Assembly (NCBI GenBank): GCA_045599605.1
Contig: JAZRWE010000033.1
Coordinates: forward strand, 85,687 to 149,686
Reading direction: 5' to 3'
DNA from: Thermoguttaceae bacterium
GTDB taxonomy: Bacteria > Planctomycetota > Planctomycetia > Pirellulales > Thermoguttaceae
DNA length: 64,000 nt
Each line of letters opens with the position of its first letter. The first letter of the stretch is position 1. A program made the translations under genes and the position numbers. The notes beneath the pieces were generated by a model that was not told where the DNA came from, ran no database searches, and saw nothing but the letters and a program-made list of their open reading frames with translations. Shown piece by piece: positions 56,855 through 64,000 of the stretch.

Positions 56855-59800
56855 TTGGCACGTTTTTTTATCGATAGACCGATTTTTGCGAGCGTGCTCT
56901 CGATCTTGATCGTCTTGATCGGGGCGCTCGCGTATTTTAAACTCCCGCTAGCGCAGTATCCTAACGTGGCGCCGCCGACGATCAACGTCAGCGCGTCGTA
57001 CACCGGCGCGAACGCTCGCGCAGTCGCGGACTCTGTTACGACGCTTGTTGAAGAGCAGATCAACGGCGTCGAAGGGATGCTCTATATGGAGTCTAACAGC
57101 TCCAACGACGGGCGTATGAGCATCAATATCACGTTCGAGACGGGTACAAATCTCGACGACGCGTTAGTTCTTGTGCAGAACCGCGTTTCACTTGCGACGG
57201 CGAAGTTGCCCGAGCAGGTCAAGAAGAGCGGCGTCACCGTGCGTAAACGTTCCCCGACGAACTTGATGATGATCAACTTCATCTCGCCGGATAAGAAATT
57301 CAATCAGGTTTACCTCAGCAACTACGTCTCTTTACGCGTCAGAGACGCGTTGTCGCGCGTCGAAGGCGTCGGCGATATCTCCATCTTTGGCGAAAAAGCG
57401 TATAGTATGCGCGTCTGGCTCGACCCCGCCGCTATTGCAGCAAGACATATGAACGCGTCGCAAGTCGTCGCGGCGATCAAAGAGCAGAACAAGCAGGTCT
57501 CGGCGGGCACGCTCGGCGATCCTCCGATCGACAAACCGATCGTCTTTCAGATCCCGACGAACGTTCGCGGACGTCTTACCGAACCTGAGGATTTCGAGCA
57601 GATCGTCGTCAAGACGGACGACGCGGGGCGCGTCACGCTTCTTAAAGACGTCGCGCGCGTCGAGTTGGCGGCGTTGAGCACGACGATCACCTCCGCGTTT
57701 AACGGTCTTCCCACCGTCACGCTCTCCATCTACCAGTTGCCCGACGCGAACGCCGTCGCGACCGCTAAGCGCGTGCGTAAGACGCTTGCGGAACTCTCGA
57801 AGAGCTTCCCCGACGGACTCGTTTACGACGTTTCGTTTGACACGACCCCTTATGTCGAAGAATCTATCCGCGAAGTGAAGAAGACGTTTATCGAAGCGAT
57901 CGTTCTCGTCGCGATCGTCGTTATTCTGTTTTTACAGAGCTGGCGCGCCGCGGTCATTCCGTTGCTTGCCGTTCCGATCTCTTTGATCGGGACCTGCGCG
58001 GCGATGTACGCGTTAGGGTTCAGTTTGAACAACTTATCGCTCTTCGGACTTGTGCTCGCGATCGGTATCGTCGTCGACGACGCGATCGTCGTAGTTGAAA
58101 ACGTCGAACGGCATATGGCTAAGGGGCTTTCTCCGAAAGACGCGGCGTATGTCGCGATGAAAGAAGTATCCGGCGCGTTGGTGGCGATCGCGCTCGTCTT
58201 GGCGTCGGTATTTGTGCCCGCGTCTTGCGTTCCCGGTATCGTCGGGATGTTCTATCGCGAATTCGCGTTGACTATCGCCGTTTCGACGCTCATCTCGTGC
58301 TTCGTCTCGTTGACGCTTAGCCCCGCGTTGTGCGCCGTCTTCTTGCTTCCGAAAGGCGCGAGACGCGATCCTATCACGTTCCTCGTCGACGTTTGCTTCG
58401 GTTGGCTGTTCAAATTATTCAACGGCGTTTTCAATATCACGACGGCGGTCTATGTCGGGATCGTGCGCTGCTTATTGCGCGTCTCGTTGTTGGTATTGAT
58501 CGTTTACGGCGGCTTGATCTACCTTACCGCGCAAGAATTTACGAACACGCGCACGGGCTTCATACCCCAACAGGATAAAGGCATCATGCGCGGGGCCGTG
58601 CAGCTTCCCGACTCCGCGTCGTTGTTCCGCACGCGCGAGATGATGCGCAAGGCGTATCGCTTGGCGTTGGAAACCGAGGGCGTTAAGAACGTCATTGGAT
58701 TTGAGGGACGCAGTAATCTCGTCGACAGCGCCGCGTCTAACGTCGGCTCGCTGATGTTCATTCTCGCACCGTTTGAAGAACGCGCGAAGAGCGGACGCAC
58801 CGACGTCGTCATTCAAGAAGAATTGTTGAAGAAGTTTTCGCAACTTCAAGAAGGAAAAGCGTTTGTTTTCCGCTCTCCGCCGGTCGACGGCGTCGGACTT
58901 GGCGGGTTCAAAGTCCAGCTCCAAGACAAGAGCGGCTCCAAAGACCTTTCCAATTTGCAAGCGGTCGGCGATATGATCGTGGACGAGGGAACGCAGGTCC
59001 CCGAGATCTTCTCGCTGCAAAACGCGTTTCGCGGGGCAACTCCGCAGCTCTTTATCGACGTCGATCGTAAGAAGCTCAAGTCGATGAACGTCTCGCTCGA
59101 CGACGTATTCGACACGTTAAATATCTATCTTGGCTCCGATTACGTCAACGATATCACGTTCCTTGAACGCAGCTTCCGCGTCACCGCGCAAGCCGATTGG
59201 AGTCGCCGTTCTTGCGCCGACGATATCTATCGTCTCTATGTCCAGAACAAGAAGGGCGAGTCGGTACCGCTAGGCTCGTTATTGACGGCTCGCGATATCA
59301 CCGGCCCTATGGCGATCAAGCGATTTAATATGTTCCCGTCGTCGGCGATCAGCGGTCAGACCGCTCCCGGCTATTCTTCCGGCGAAGCGATGAAGGCGAT
59401 GGAACGATTGCTAGACGAGAAGTTGCCCGACAGCATGGGGTACGAATGGACGGAATTAGCGCTCCTGGAAAAGCGCGCGGGCAACACCGCGATCTACGTC
59501 TTCGCGCTCGCCGTCGTCCTCGTTTTCCTGCTTCTCGCGGCGTTGTACGAGAGTTGGTCGTTGCCTTTCGCGATCGTCTTAGTCGTGCCAATGTGCTTGT
59601 TATGCTCGCTCGTTGGCGTGAATATCGCGCAATCCGATATGAACGTGTTTACCCAGATCGGGTTCTTCGTCTTGATCGGACTGGCGTGTAAGAACGCGAT
59701 CCTTATCGTGGAATTCGCAAAAGACTTGCAAGAACAAGAAGATATGTCGAGCTTCGACGCGACGCTGCGCGCTTGTCGACTGCGCTTGCGTCCTATCGTG

Positions 59801-60001
59801 ATGACGTCGCTCGCTTTCATCTTGGGCGTCGCGCCCTTGATGTACGGTATGGGCGCGGGACACGAGATGCGCTTTGCGCTCGGCGTCGCCGTATTCTCCG
59901 GGATGATCGGCGTTACTGTTTTCGGCGTCTTCTTGACCCCGGTGTTCTACTACGTCATCAGAAAGTTTTCGTGGAAGAAACGCCGCGAAAGCGTGAAATG
60001 A
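56855..60001 (+). CDS. RND family efflux transporter (HAE1/AcrB-like), TTG start
   Basis: The N-terminus is (M)ARFFIDRPIFASVLSILIVLIGALAYFKLPLAQYPNVAPPTI, the canonical AcrB start. It has 12 TM helices and two large periplasmic loops over 1048 aa. An SD (AAAGGG) lies 8 nt upstream of the TTG. Confidence 0.9.
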   Translation: MARFFIDRPIFASVLSILIVLIGALAYFKLPLAQYPNVAPPTINVSASYTGANARAVADSVTTLVEEQINGVEGMLYMESNSSNDGRMSINITFETGTNLDDALVLVQNRVSLATAKLPEQVKKSGVTVRKRSPTNLMMINFISPDKKFNQVYLSNYVSLRVRDALSRVEGVGDISIFGEKAYSMRVWLDPAAIAARHMNASQVVAAIKEQNKQVSAGTLGDPPIDKPIVFQIPTNVRGRLTEPEDFEQIVVKTDDAGRVTLLKDVARVELAALSTTITSAFNGLPTVTLSIYQLPDANAVATAKRVRKTLAELSKSFPDGLVYDVSFDTTPYVEESIREVKKTFIEAIVLVAIVVILFLQSWRAAVIPLLAVPISLIGTCAAMYALGFSLNNLSLFGLVLAIGIVVDDAIVVVENVERHMAKGLSPKDAAYVAMKEVSGALVAIALVLASVFVPASCVPGIVGMFYREFALTIAVSTLISCFVSLTLSPALCAVFLLPKGARRDPITFLVDVCFGWLFKLFNGVFNITTAVYVGIVRCLLRVSLLVLIVYGGLIYLTAQEFTNTRTGFIPQQDKGIMRGAVQLPDSASLFRTREMMRKAYRLALETEGVKNVIGFEGRSNLVDSAASNVGSLMFILAPFEERAKSGRTDVVIQEELLKKFSQLQEGKAFVFRSPPVDGVGLGGFKVQLQDKSGSKDLSNLQAVGDMIVDEGTQVPEIFSLQNAFRGATPQLFIDVDRKKLKSMNVSLDDVFDTLNIYLGSDYVNDITFLERSFRVTAQADWSRRSCADDIYRLYVQNKKGESVPLGSLLTARDITGPMAIKRFNMFPSSAISGQTAPGYSSGEAMKAMERLLDEKLPDSMGYEWTELALLEKRAGNTAIYVFALAVVLVFLLLAALYESWSLPFAIVLVVPMCLLCSLVGVNIAQSDMNVFTQIGFFVLIGLACKNAILIVEFAKDLQEQEDMSSFDATLRACRLRLRPIVMTSLAFILGVAPLMYGMGAGHEMRFALGVAVFSGMIGVTVFGVFLTPVFYYVIRKFSWKKRRESVK

Positions 60002-60046
60002 CAATAGCGTAGACCTTGGAATCTGCTAGTCGCGCTTTAATGATAA

Positions 60047-60089
60047 AAGGCGTCGCGTATTTTGCTCGCGGCGCCTTATTTTATTTCTT
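60047..60089 (+). terminator. rho-independent terminator after the RND pump gene (AAGGCGTCGCG...CGCGGCGCCTT, then ATTTTATTTCTT)
   Basis: An 11-bp stem containing one G-U pair is followed by a T-rich run. Confidence 0.55.
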
Positions 60090-60518
60090 GCAAGACAAGA
60101 CGAAATGAAGAACGTTGGCTCGCCGAGGGTTCCGCATAACGTGTCGAGTTCTCGTGAAGAGTAGGGCGCGACGAAGAAACGCCGCCGTCTATGCGTCTAA
60201 GAACGTTGGTAAAGAAACGCGTAATTCAGCCGCAAGAAACAAAAAATCGGCGCGGTATCAAATGAAACGCACGCCGATTTTCAGAATACTATATATTGCT
60301 TATCTGGACTCTCTCGTAACAAAGAAGACGCGGAAGCGTCGTCTTTGTTCGATATTACGCCAAAATGGGTAAACACCCTAATAAGACGCTAATTCTCAAA
60401 GAATCAGCGTAACGATCAACGTATCGTTCGACGCTCGCATAAAGCGAGGATTGAGGCGCGACAGGACTAGGTCCTATCGCACGTGTGAAAGCGAAGGCGC
60501 GAGCTAACGCGCAACGAC

Positions 60519-60695
60519 TCATTCTTCGTCGGCGTCGTCTTGGTCGATATCACGACCGGGGTCGTATTCAGGACGAAGGAGAGCGGACTTGTCTTTATCA
60601 AGTTCTTGGTAGTCGTTGACGTTTTCTTTGGCTTCGAAAGACAAAACGGTGCAGACGGGCGCGGCGTACTTTTCGCGGTTGGCAAATTTCATCAT
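60519..60695 (-). CDS. small acidic protein (58 aa) of unknown function; candidate substrate peptide of the adjacent RRE/kinase/nucleotidyltransferase/peptidase operon
   Basis: The ORF encodes MMKFANREKYAAPVCTVLSFEAKENVNDYQELDKDKSALLRPEYDPGRDIDQDDADEE. An SD (AAAGGA) lies 6 nt upstream of the first ATG (60695). Upstream of it is a 275-bp AT-rich region, and a hairpin lies downstream at 60494-60510. Confidence 0.4.
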   Translation of the reverse strand: MMKFANREKYAAPVCTVLSFEAKENVNDYQELDKDKSALLRPEYDPGRDIDQDDADEE

Positions 60696-60991
60696 AGTGT
60701 TCCTTTTTATAAGCAATATTGTCGACGTAACAGCAAAAGCTGATCCCCACGTCGGCTGTTAAGGAGAAAGTCTCCTGTAATAGCCAAGCCTATTTCTCAA
60801 GACTATACGCCTTTGTATTGTATTATCTTTTTGGATAATGGCAAGGGCGCAGAAAGACTTTTTATAGAGTTTTGTTTTTTCTTTTTTTAGAATACAGTAA
60901 ACAGTTTACGATTATGTGATTTCTGTAATATATTGATTTTGGGTAATTTGTTAATGTGTTGATAAAATACGGCGTCTAGGAAATGTTTTTG

Positions 60992-61534
60992 TTATCTTTT
61001 AACTCTCGGAATAGGCGCTTTTTTACCGAATACGCTTCTTTTTATAGCCCCGAGTTTACGCCGAAAGAACTTCAGAGTTCGTTTTATCATCCGCCGCGTT
61101 TCCCTTTGCGCGTATAGTATTCGCGAATAGAGTTTGTAAGCGCGTGAACGTTCGCAATCTATGCGTAGCTTACCGCGTTCGATCGCGTAGACCTTGGCGT
61201 AGATATCTTCTTTATTTACCGGCGGTTCCGGATTCACGAACGCGTCGCCGCGAAAGATAGCGTCGCCGTTCTTTAATACGGCGACGACGCGATGGAGGTT
61301 GTATTTGCCGTTGGCGGCGCGATAGAGCGCGATATCGTATTTCTCGATCTTGTCGCATAAGCCAAGATAGACGACGTCTTTACGGTCGCGCAACGTCGGC
61401 TTCATACTTGTTCCGCCGGGACAAAACGCGACGCGCTTCTCCTTATCGCCGTCGAGCGTTTCTAGCAATAGCTTGAAATACTCTTCTGCGGGAAGCGTTA
61501 GATTCTCGCGTTCTTCGGCGTTATGGGCGTTCAT
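60992..61534 (-). CDS. soluble S26/S24-family signal-peptidase-like serine protease (SMxPTL catalytic-Ser motif; Ser/His-type)
   Basis: The segment VAFCPGGTSMKPTLRDRKDVVYL matches the signal peptidase I box B (G-x-S-M-x-P-T-L). Downstream, YNLHRVVAVLKNGDAIFRGD resembles box D (KRVIGLPGD), with His in place of the catalytic Lys as in ER/archaeal/SipW-type enzymes. No TM segment is present. A 4-bp ATGA overlap links it to the upstream PqqD-like gene. Confidence 0.6.
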   Translation of the reverse strand: MNAHNAEERENLTLPAEEYFKLLLETLDGDKEKRVAFCPGGTSMKPTLRDRKDVVYLGLCDKIEKYDIALYRAANGKYNLHRVVAVLKNGDAIFRGDAFVNPEPPVNKEDIYAKVYAIERGKLRIDCERSRAYKLYSRILYAQRETRRMIKRTLKFFRRKLGAIKRSVFGKKAPIPRVKR

Positions 61535-61797
61535 TCGCTCAGCGCTCCATTTTCACGCAGCTGAGTCAGGAACGTTTCGACGTCGCGCGCGGCGGTATCG
61601 TTATCGATCTCAAAGCGTTCGACGACGGCTTCGACGATAGCTTCCGCCGTCGTTTCTTCTTGCAGTTTCTCCGCGATGAACGCGCCGACTTTATTGAGCG
61701 TCAGCATTCCGTTGAATTTGATCATCTTCTTACCAAACGGCACGAGGACGGCGGAATCGACGACGCGGCGAAGTACGAAATCTGAACTGAGTTTCAC
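61531..61797 (-). CDS. PqqD-family protein (RiPP precursor recognition element, lasso B1-like)
   Basis: The 88-aa protein reads VLRRVVDSAVLVPFGKKMIKFNGMLTLNKVGAFIAEKL...AEAIVEAVVERFEID...AARDVETFLTQLRENGAL, which is the PqqD/RRE pattern (beta-strands followed by a winged helix-turn-helix). A GTG start has an SD. Confidence 0.75.
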   Translation of the reverse strand: MKLSSDFVLRRVVDSAVLVPFGKKMIKFNGMLTLNKVGAFIAEKLQEETTAEAIVEAVVERFEIDNDTAARDVETFLTQLRENGALSE

Positions 61798-61832
61798 GTT
61801 GCTGCCTTATTGATCGAAGTGTGAAGTTGGAG

Positions 61833-62546
61833 TTATTGGACGTTAGGAAAACGCATAGCGCGATAAGACGCTTGCGCGGCGTTTGGCGTGTTTGTGCAGC
61901 CGACGCGGTAGACGGGCACGGTCGTCAAGAGGTCGACGATCAGATCGAGCGCCTGTTCTAAAACGCGATGCTTCAACGGCGACATCGATTGCTTCATGAA
62001 TAGCCCGATCGCTTCGTCGGCGCCGATACGCGCGACGCTATCGACTTTGGCGCGTTCCAGGAAGCCTATGCCTTGTAACGGTACTTGTTTATTGACGTTG
62101 ATGAACGTCGAACCAGCCCACGGCGTACCGCAAGCGCGCCAGACGCCGTCGAATTTCCTGAGCGCCGGAGCGTCGTCGTTCAAAATATACGCGCCGTTTG
62201 CGCCGAAGTTTTGTAGCCAGTACCGCGTGTGCGTCGATTTGCCTACCCCGCTGTCCGCGGAGAAAAGATACGCGCGATCCTCGTAAACTACCGACGAGGA
62301 ATGGAGCACAAGCGTTCCGAAGCGCGTCGACTCGCGGTGGAATAGGTAACGCATGAACGCGTATTCCGCAAAATCCGGTTCGTTGCCGCTATACTTCAAC
62401 GCGTAGGCGATATCGTCGTCGGTCACCTTGAAGACGACGTCGGGCGCGAGACTGTCGTCGACTCGATACGGTTCCGCCTGTTTCAGCGATAATTCGTATC
62501 GCGCGTCGAACGCGACGGTTATGCCCGCCACTTGGTAATTGCGCAT
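61833..62546 (-). CDS. HPr kinase/phosphorylase C-terminal-domain-like P-loop serine kinase (lasso-peptide-kinase-like)
   Basis: The segment LHSSSVVYEDRAYLFSADSGVGKSTHTRYWLQNFGANGAYILNDDAP matches the HprK core (LHG..V..G.GVL..G.SG.GKSE....L...G..LV.DD). An ATGA start/stop overlap links it to the upstream gene. Confidence 0.75.
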   Translation of the reverse strand: MRNYQVAGITVAFDARYELSLKQAEPYRVDDSLAPDVVFKVTDDDIAYALKYSGNEPDFAEYAFMRYLFHRESTRFGTLVLHSSSVVYEDRAYLFSADSGVGKSTHTRYWLQNFGANGAYILNDDAPALRKFDGVWRACGTPWAGSTFINVNKQVPLQGIGFLERAKVDSVARIGADEAIGLFMKQSMSPLKHRVLEQALDLIVDLLTTVPVYRVGCTNTPNAAQASYRAMRFPNVQ

Positions 62547-63808
62547 CAGTCGTCTTCCTTCCAGTCTTGGGCGTTGAATCGGCTAGGATCTAACCCCGCG
62601 CGACGTTGGAACGCCGCCGCCGCGGAGACTTGCTTCTCGTTCGCGCTTAGGAACGTGCGGAGATTGCGATAGAAGTTCTTGCGCGTCAGGCGCGTATGCC
62701 AGAACTTAAAGAACAACTTCGTCGCGACCCAGGGCTTTTTCCACGTCGGGACGCCGCGCAGACGATGCACGACCTCGTAATTGACGCGTTGCGGGAAGAT
62801 CGTTAATAGATGCCGTATGCGCGCGAAACGTTTTTTCTTCCCGTCCGTCGCGGAACTCGCGAGATACGAGGAGTAACAGCAGACGGCGCCTTCTTCGTCG
62901 GAAGTCGCGTTCGTCTCGTGACGGAAGAACTGGTAGAGCGTCATCTCCGTCAATACCGCGTCGAGCGGCTTGTGTCCAAACCAAGCGTCGACAAGACGTT
63001 CGATATTTTTTTCGAATTCAAGCGTTCCCGCGGAGTCGAGATCCGCGTCGAGCTTCTTGCGATCGAGAGTCGCGCCGCGAGCGCGGAGATAGAGCGCGAC
63101 GTCGAGATAGTCGCGCAACGCCGTTTGGCTCTGGATCCAGTGCTTGAGTAGGTGTTCCAGCATATAGCGATAGAAGTCTTCGTCGGTGAAGCGGTATTCC
63201 GTCGACTCATACGCGACGAGCCGTTTCCACGAGACGCTTCTCCCGCGCTCGAACGCCCCGGAAGCGTTGAAGAGCTTGTAGTGCTGTTCGACCATGAATC
63301 GTCCGGCTTTGAGGAAGACGTCGTGATGCTCGTCTCCTTTGACGTATTCGTAGCCTTGGCGTTCAAGCGCTTCTCGCGCTTTATCAAAATCCTCCGGCCG
63401 AACTAACACGTCGTAGTCGGACATCGTCCTCAGATACGCTTCCGGATAAAGGTCTCTCATCAAGAACCCTTTGAGCGGCATATAGCAGACTCCGGCGTCG
63501 CGAAACGCTTGATTCAGCGCGTTGAATTCTTGTGTTTGCAGCGCTTCGTCTTCGACGGCGGCGTTGAGCGTGGAACCGCATTTCGCCAAGATCGCCGGGG
63601 TCGACGCGTTAGGCGCCGACAGCGAGACATACGCAAGCAGCGGCGCGACTTTTTGACGTTTCGCAAGTTGCGTCAACGCCTCTACGTCGAGTTCGTCGGG
63701 GGGATCGGGCGCCGCCTCGTTATTGAAAAACGCCGCCAACACGTCCAAGAGGTATCGCTCTTCGACGCGTAACGACGCGGAGCCGTATTGTTCGGTGACT
63801 TGCGGCAT
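62546..63808 (-). CDS. uncharacterised nucleotidyltransferase family protein (PF14907-like), first gene of the operon
   Basis: The 420-aa protein contains CYMPLKGFLMRDLYPEAYLRTMSDYDVLVRPEDFDKAREALERQGYEY, the GS/hG[SG]...D.D signature region of this nucleotidyltransferase family. A perfect SD (AAGGAG) lies 7 nt before the ATG, with an intergenic region of at least 190 bp upstream. Confidence 0.65.
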   Translation of the reverse strand: MPQVTEQYGSASLRVEERYLLDVLAAFFNNEAAPDPPDELDVEALTQLAKRQKVAPLLAYVSLSAPNASTPAILAKCGSTLNAAVEDEALQTQEFNALNQAFRDAGVCYMPLKGFLMRDLYPEAYLRTMSDYDVLVRPEDFDKAREALERQGYEYVKGDEHHDVFLKAGRFMVEQHYKLFNASGAFERGRSVSWKRLVAYESTEYRFTDEDFYRYMLEHLLKHWIQSQTALRDYLDVALYLRARGATLDRKKLDADLDSAGTLEFEKNIERLVDAWFGHKPLDAVLTEMTLYQFFRHETNATSDEEGAVCCYSSYLASSATDGKKKRFARIRHLLTIFPQRVNYEVVHRLRGVPTWKKPWVATKLFFKFWHTRLTRKNFYRNLRTFLSANEKQVSAAAAFQRRAGLDPSRFNAQDWKEDD

Positions 63809-64000
63809 AGGATCTCCTTAGGTTAGTCTTGCGCTACTCGGTAATTTTAACAATACGCATAAGAAAGTCAACGCGCAACCGGCCCCGAAACGTTGGCGTT
63901 TGGACCGCGATTTACGGCGTCGCGACTTCGGCTAATCGTTGACGTCGAAACGCTTCTTCGCTATAATCAACGCGATAACGCGCGGGTAGGGCTTGCGCGG

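Noticed and set aside
61791-61799. GTTTCACGT at the PqqD gene start, resembling a half-site of the 14-bp palindrome at 1777-1889.
   Set aside because: It is a single 9-mer half-site overlapping a GTG start codon. This is most likely coincidence, and I could not confirm other copies by eye.
1-64000. CRISPR arrays, rRNA genes, IS elements or transposases, prophage genes, toxin-antitoxin pairs.
   Set aside because: No regularly spaced direct repeats with unique spacers were seen. No transposase, integrase, phage structural or TA-like small gene pairs were recognised in any frame. The tandem repeats present are all in-frame coding repeats.

Overview
This 64 kb window looks like a chromosomal segment of a high-GC, CpG-rich bacterium, and the gene content points to Planctomycetota. 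The phylum call is an inference from three things: a DUF1559-type prepilin/H-X9-DG protein, tandem DUF1080 (LamG-like) domains, and many proteins with prepilin-type N-terminal FTLLELL helices. I did not run any database search. Coding density is high and strand blocks alternate.

Housekeeping genes I recognise are pgsA, a beta-hydroxyacid dehydrogenase, tRNA-Leu(GAG), smpB, mutY, gap, a Nif3-family protein, rhaA, hemD, proS, alaS, a ZnuB-like ABC-3 permease and an AI-2E family transporter.

Accessory or unusual content:
- An operon of four type II secretion-like pseudopilins (GspG/H/I/J-like). All carry large low-complexity expansions. The GspG-like protein has Met/Asn/Gly-rich tandem repeats that are visible as perfect DNA tandem repeats.
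- A secreted protein of roughly 12 degenerate repeats with a G-[ND]-D-x-Y core.
- A secreted protein with a poly-Asn tract encoded by an (AAT)n microsatellite.
- A 1120-aa secreted protein combining a LamG-like domain, a beta-propeller and three CxxCH motifs.
- An operon pairing a MacB-like ABC exporter with an EF-hand/alpha-alpha-toroid repeat protein.
- A divergent flotillin/NfeD pair.
- An RND efflux pair (membrane fusion protein plus AcrB-like pump).
- At the right edge, a tightly coupled four-gene minus-strand operon encoding a PF14907-type nucleotidyltransferase, an HPr-kinase-like P-loop kinase, a PqqD-like peptide-binding (RRE) protein and a soluble S26/S24-type signal-peptidase-like protein. 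A strongly expressed-looking small acidic peptide gene sits just downstream. This is a RiPP-like peptide-tailoring locus (lasso-peptide-style accessory genes) with no lasso cyclase or B2 protease in the window, and it is the most interesting candidate system here.

No CRISPR arrays, rRNA genes, transposases or integrases were seen.
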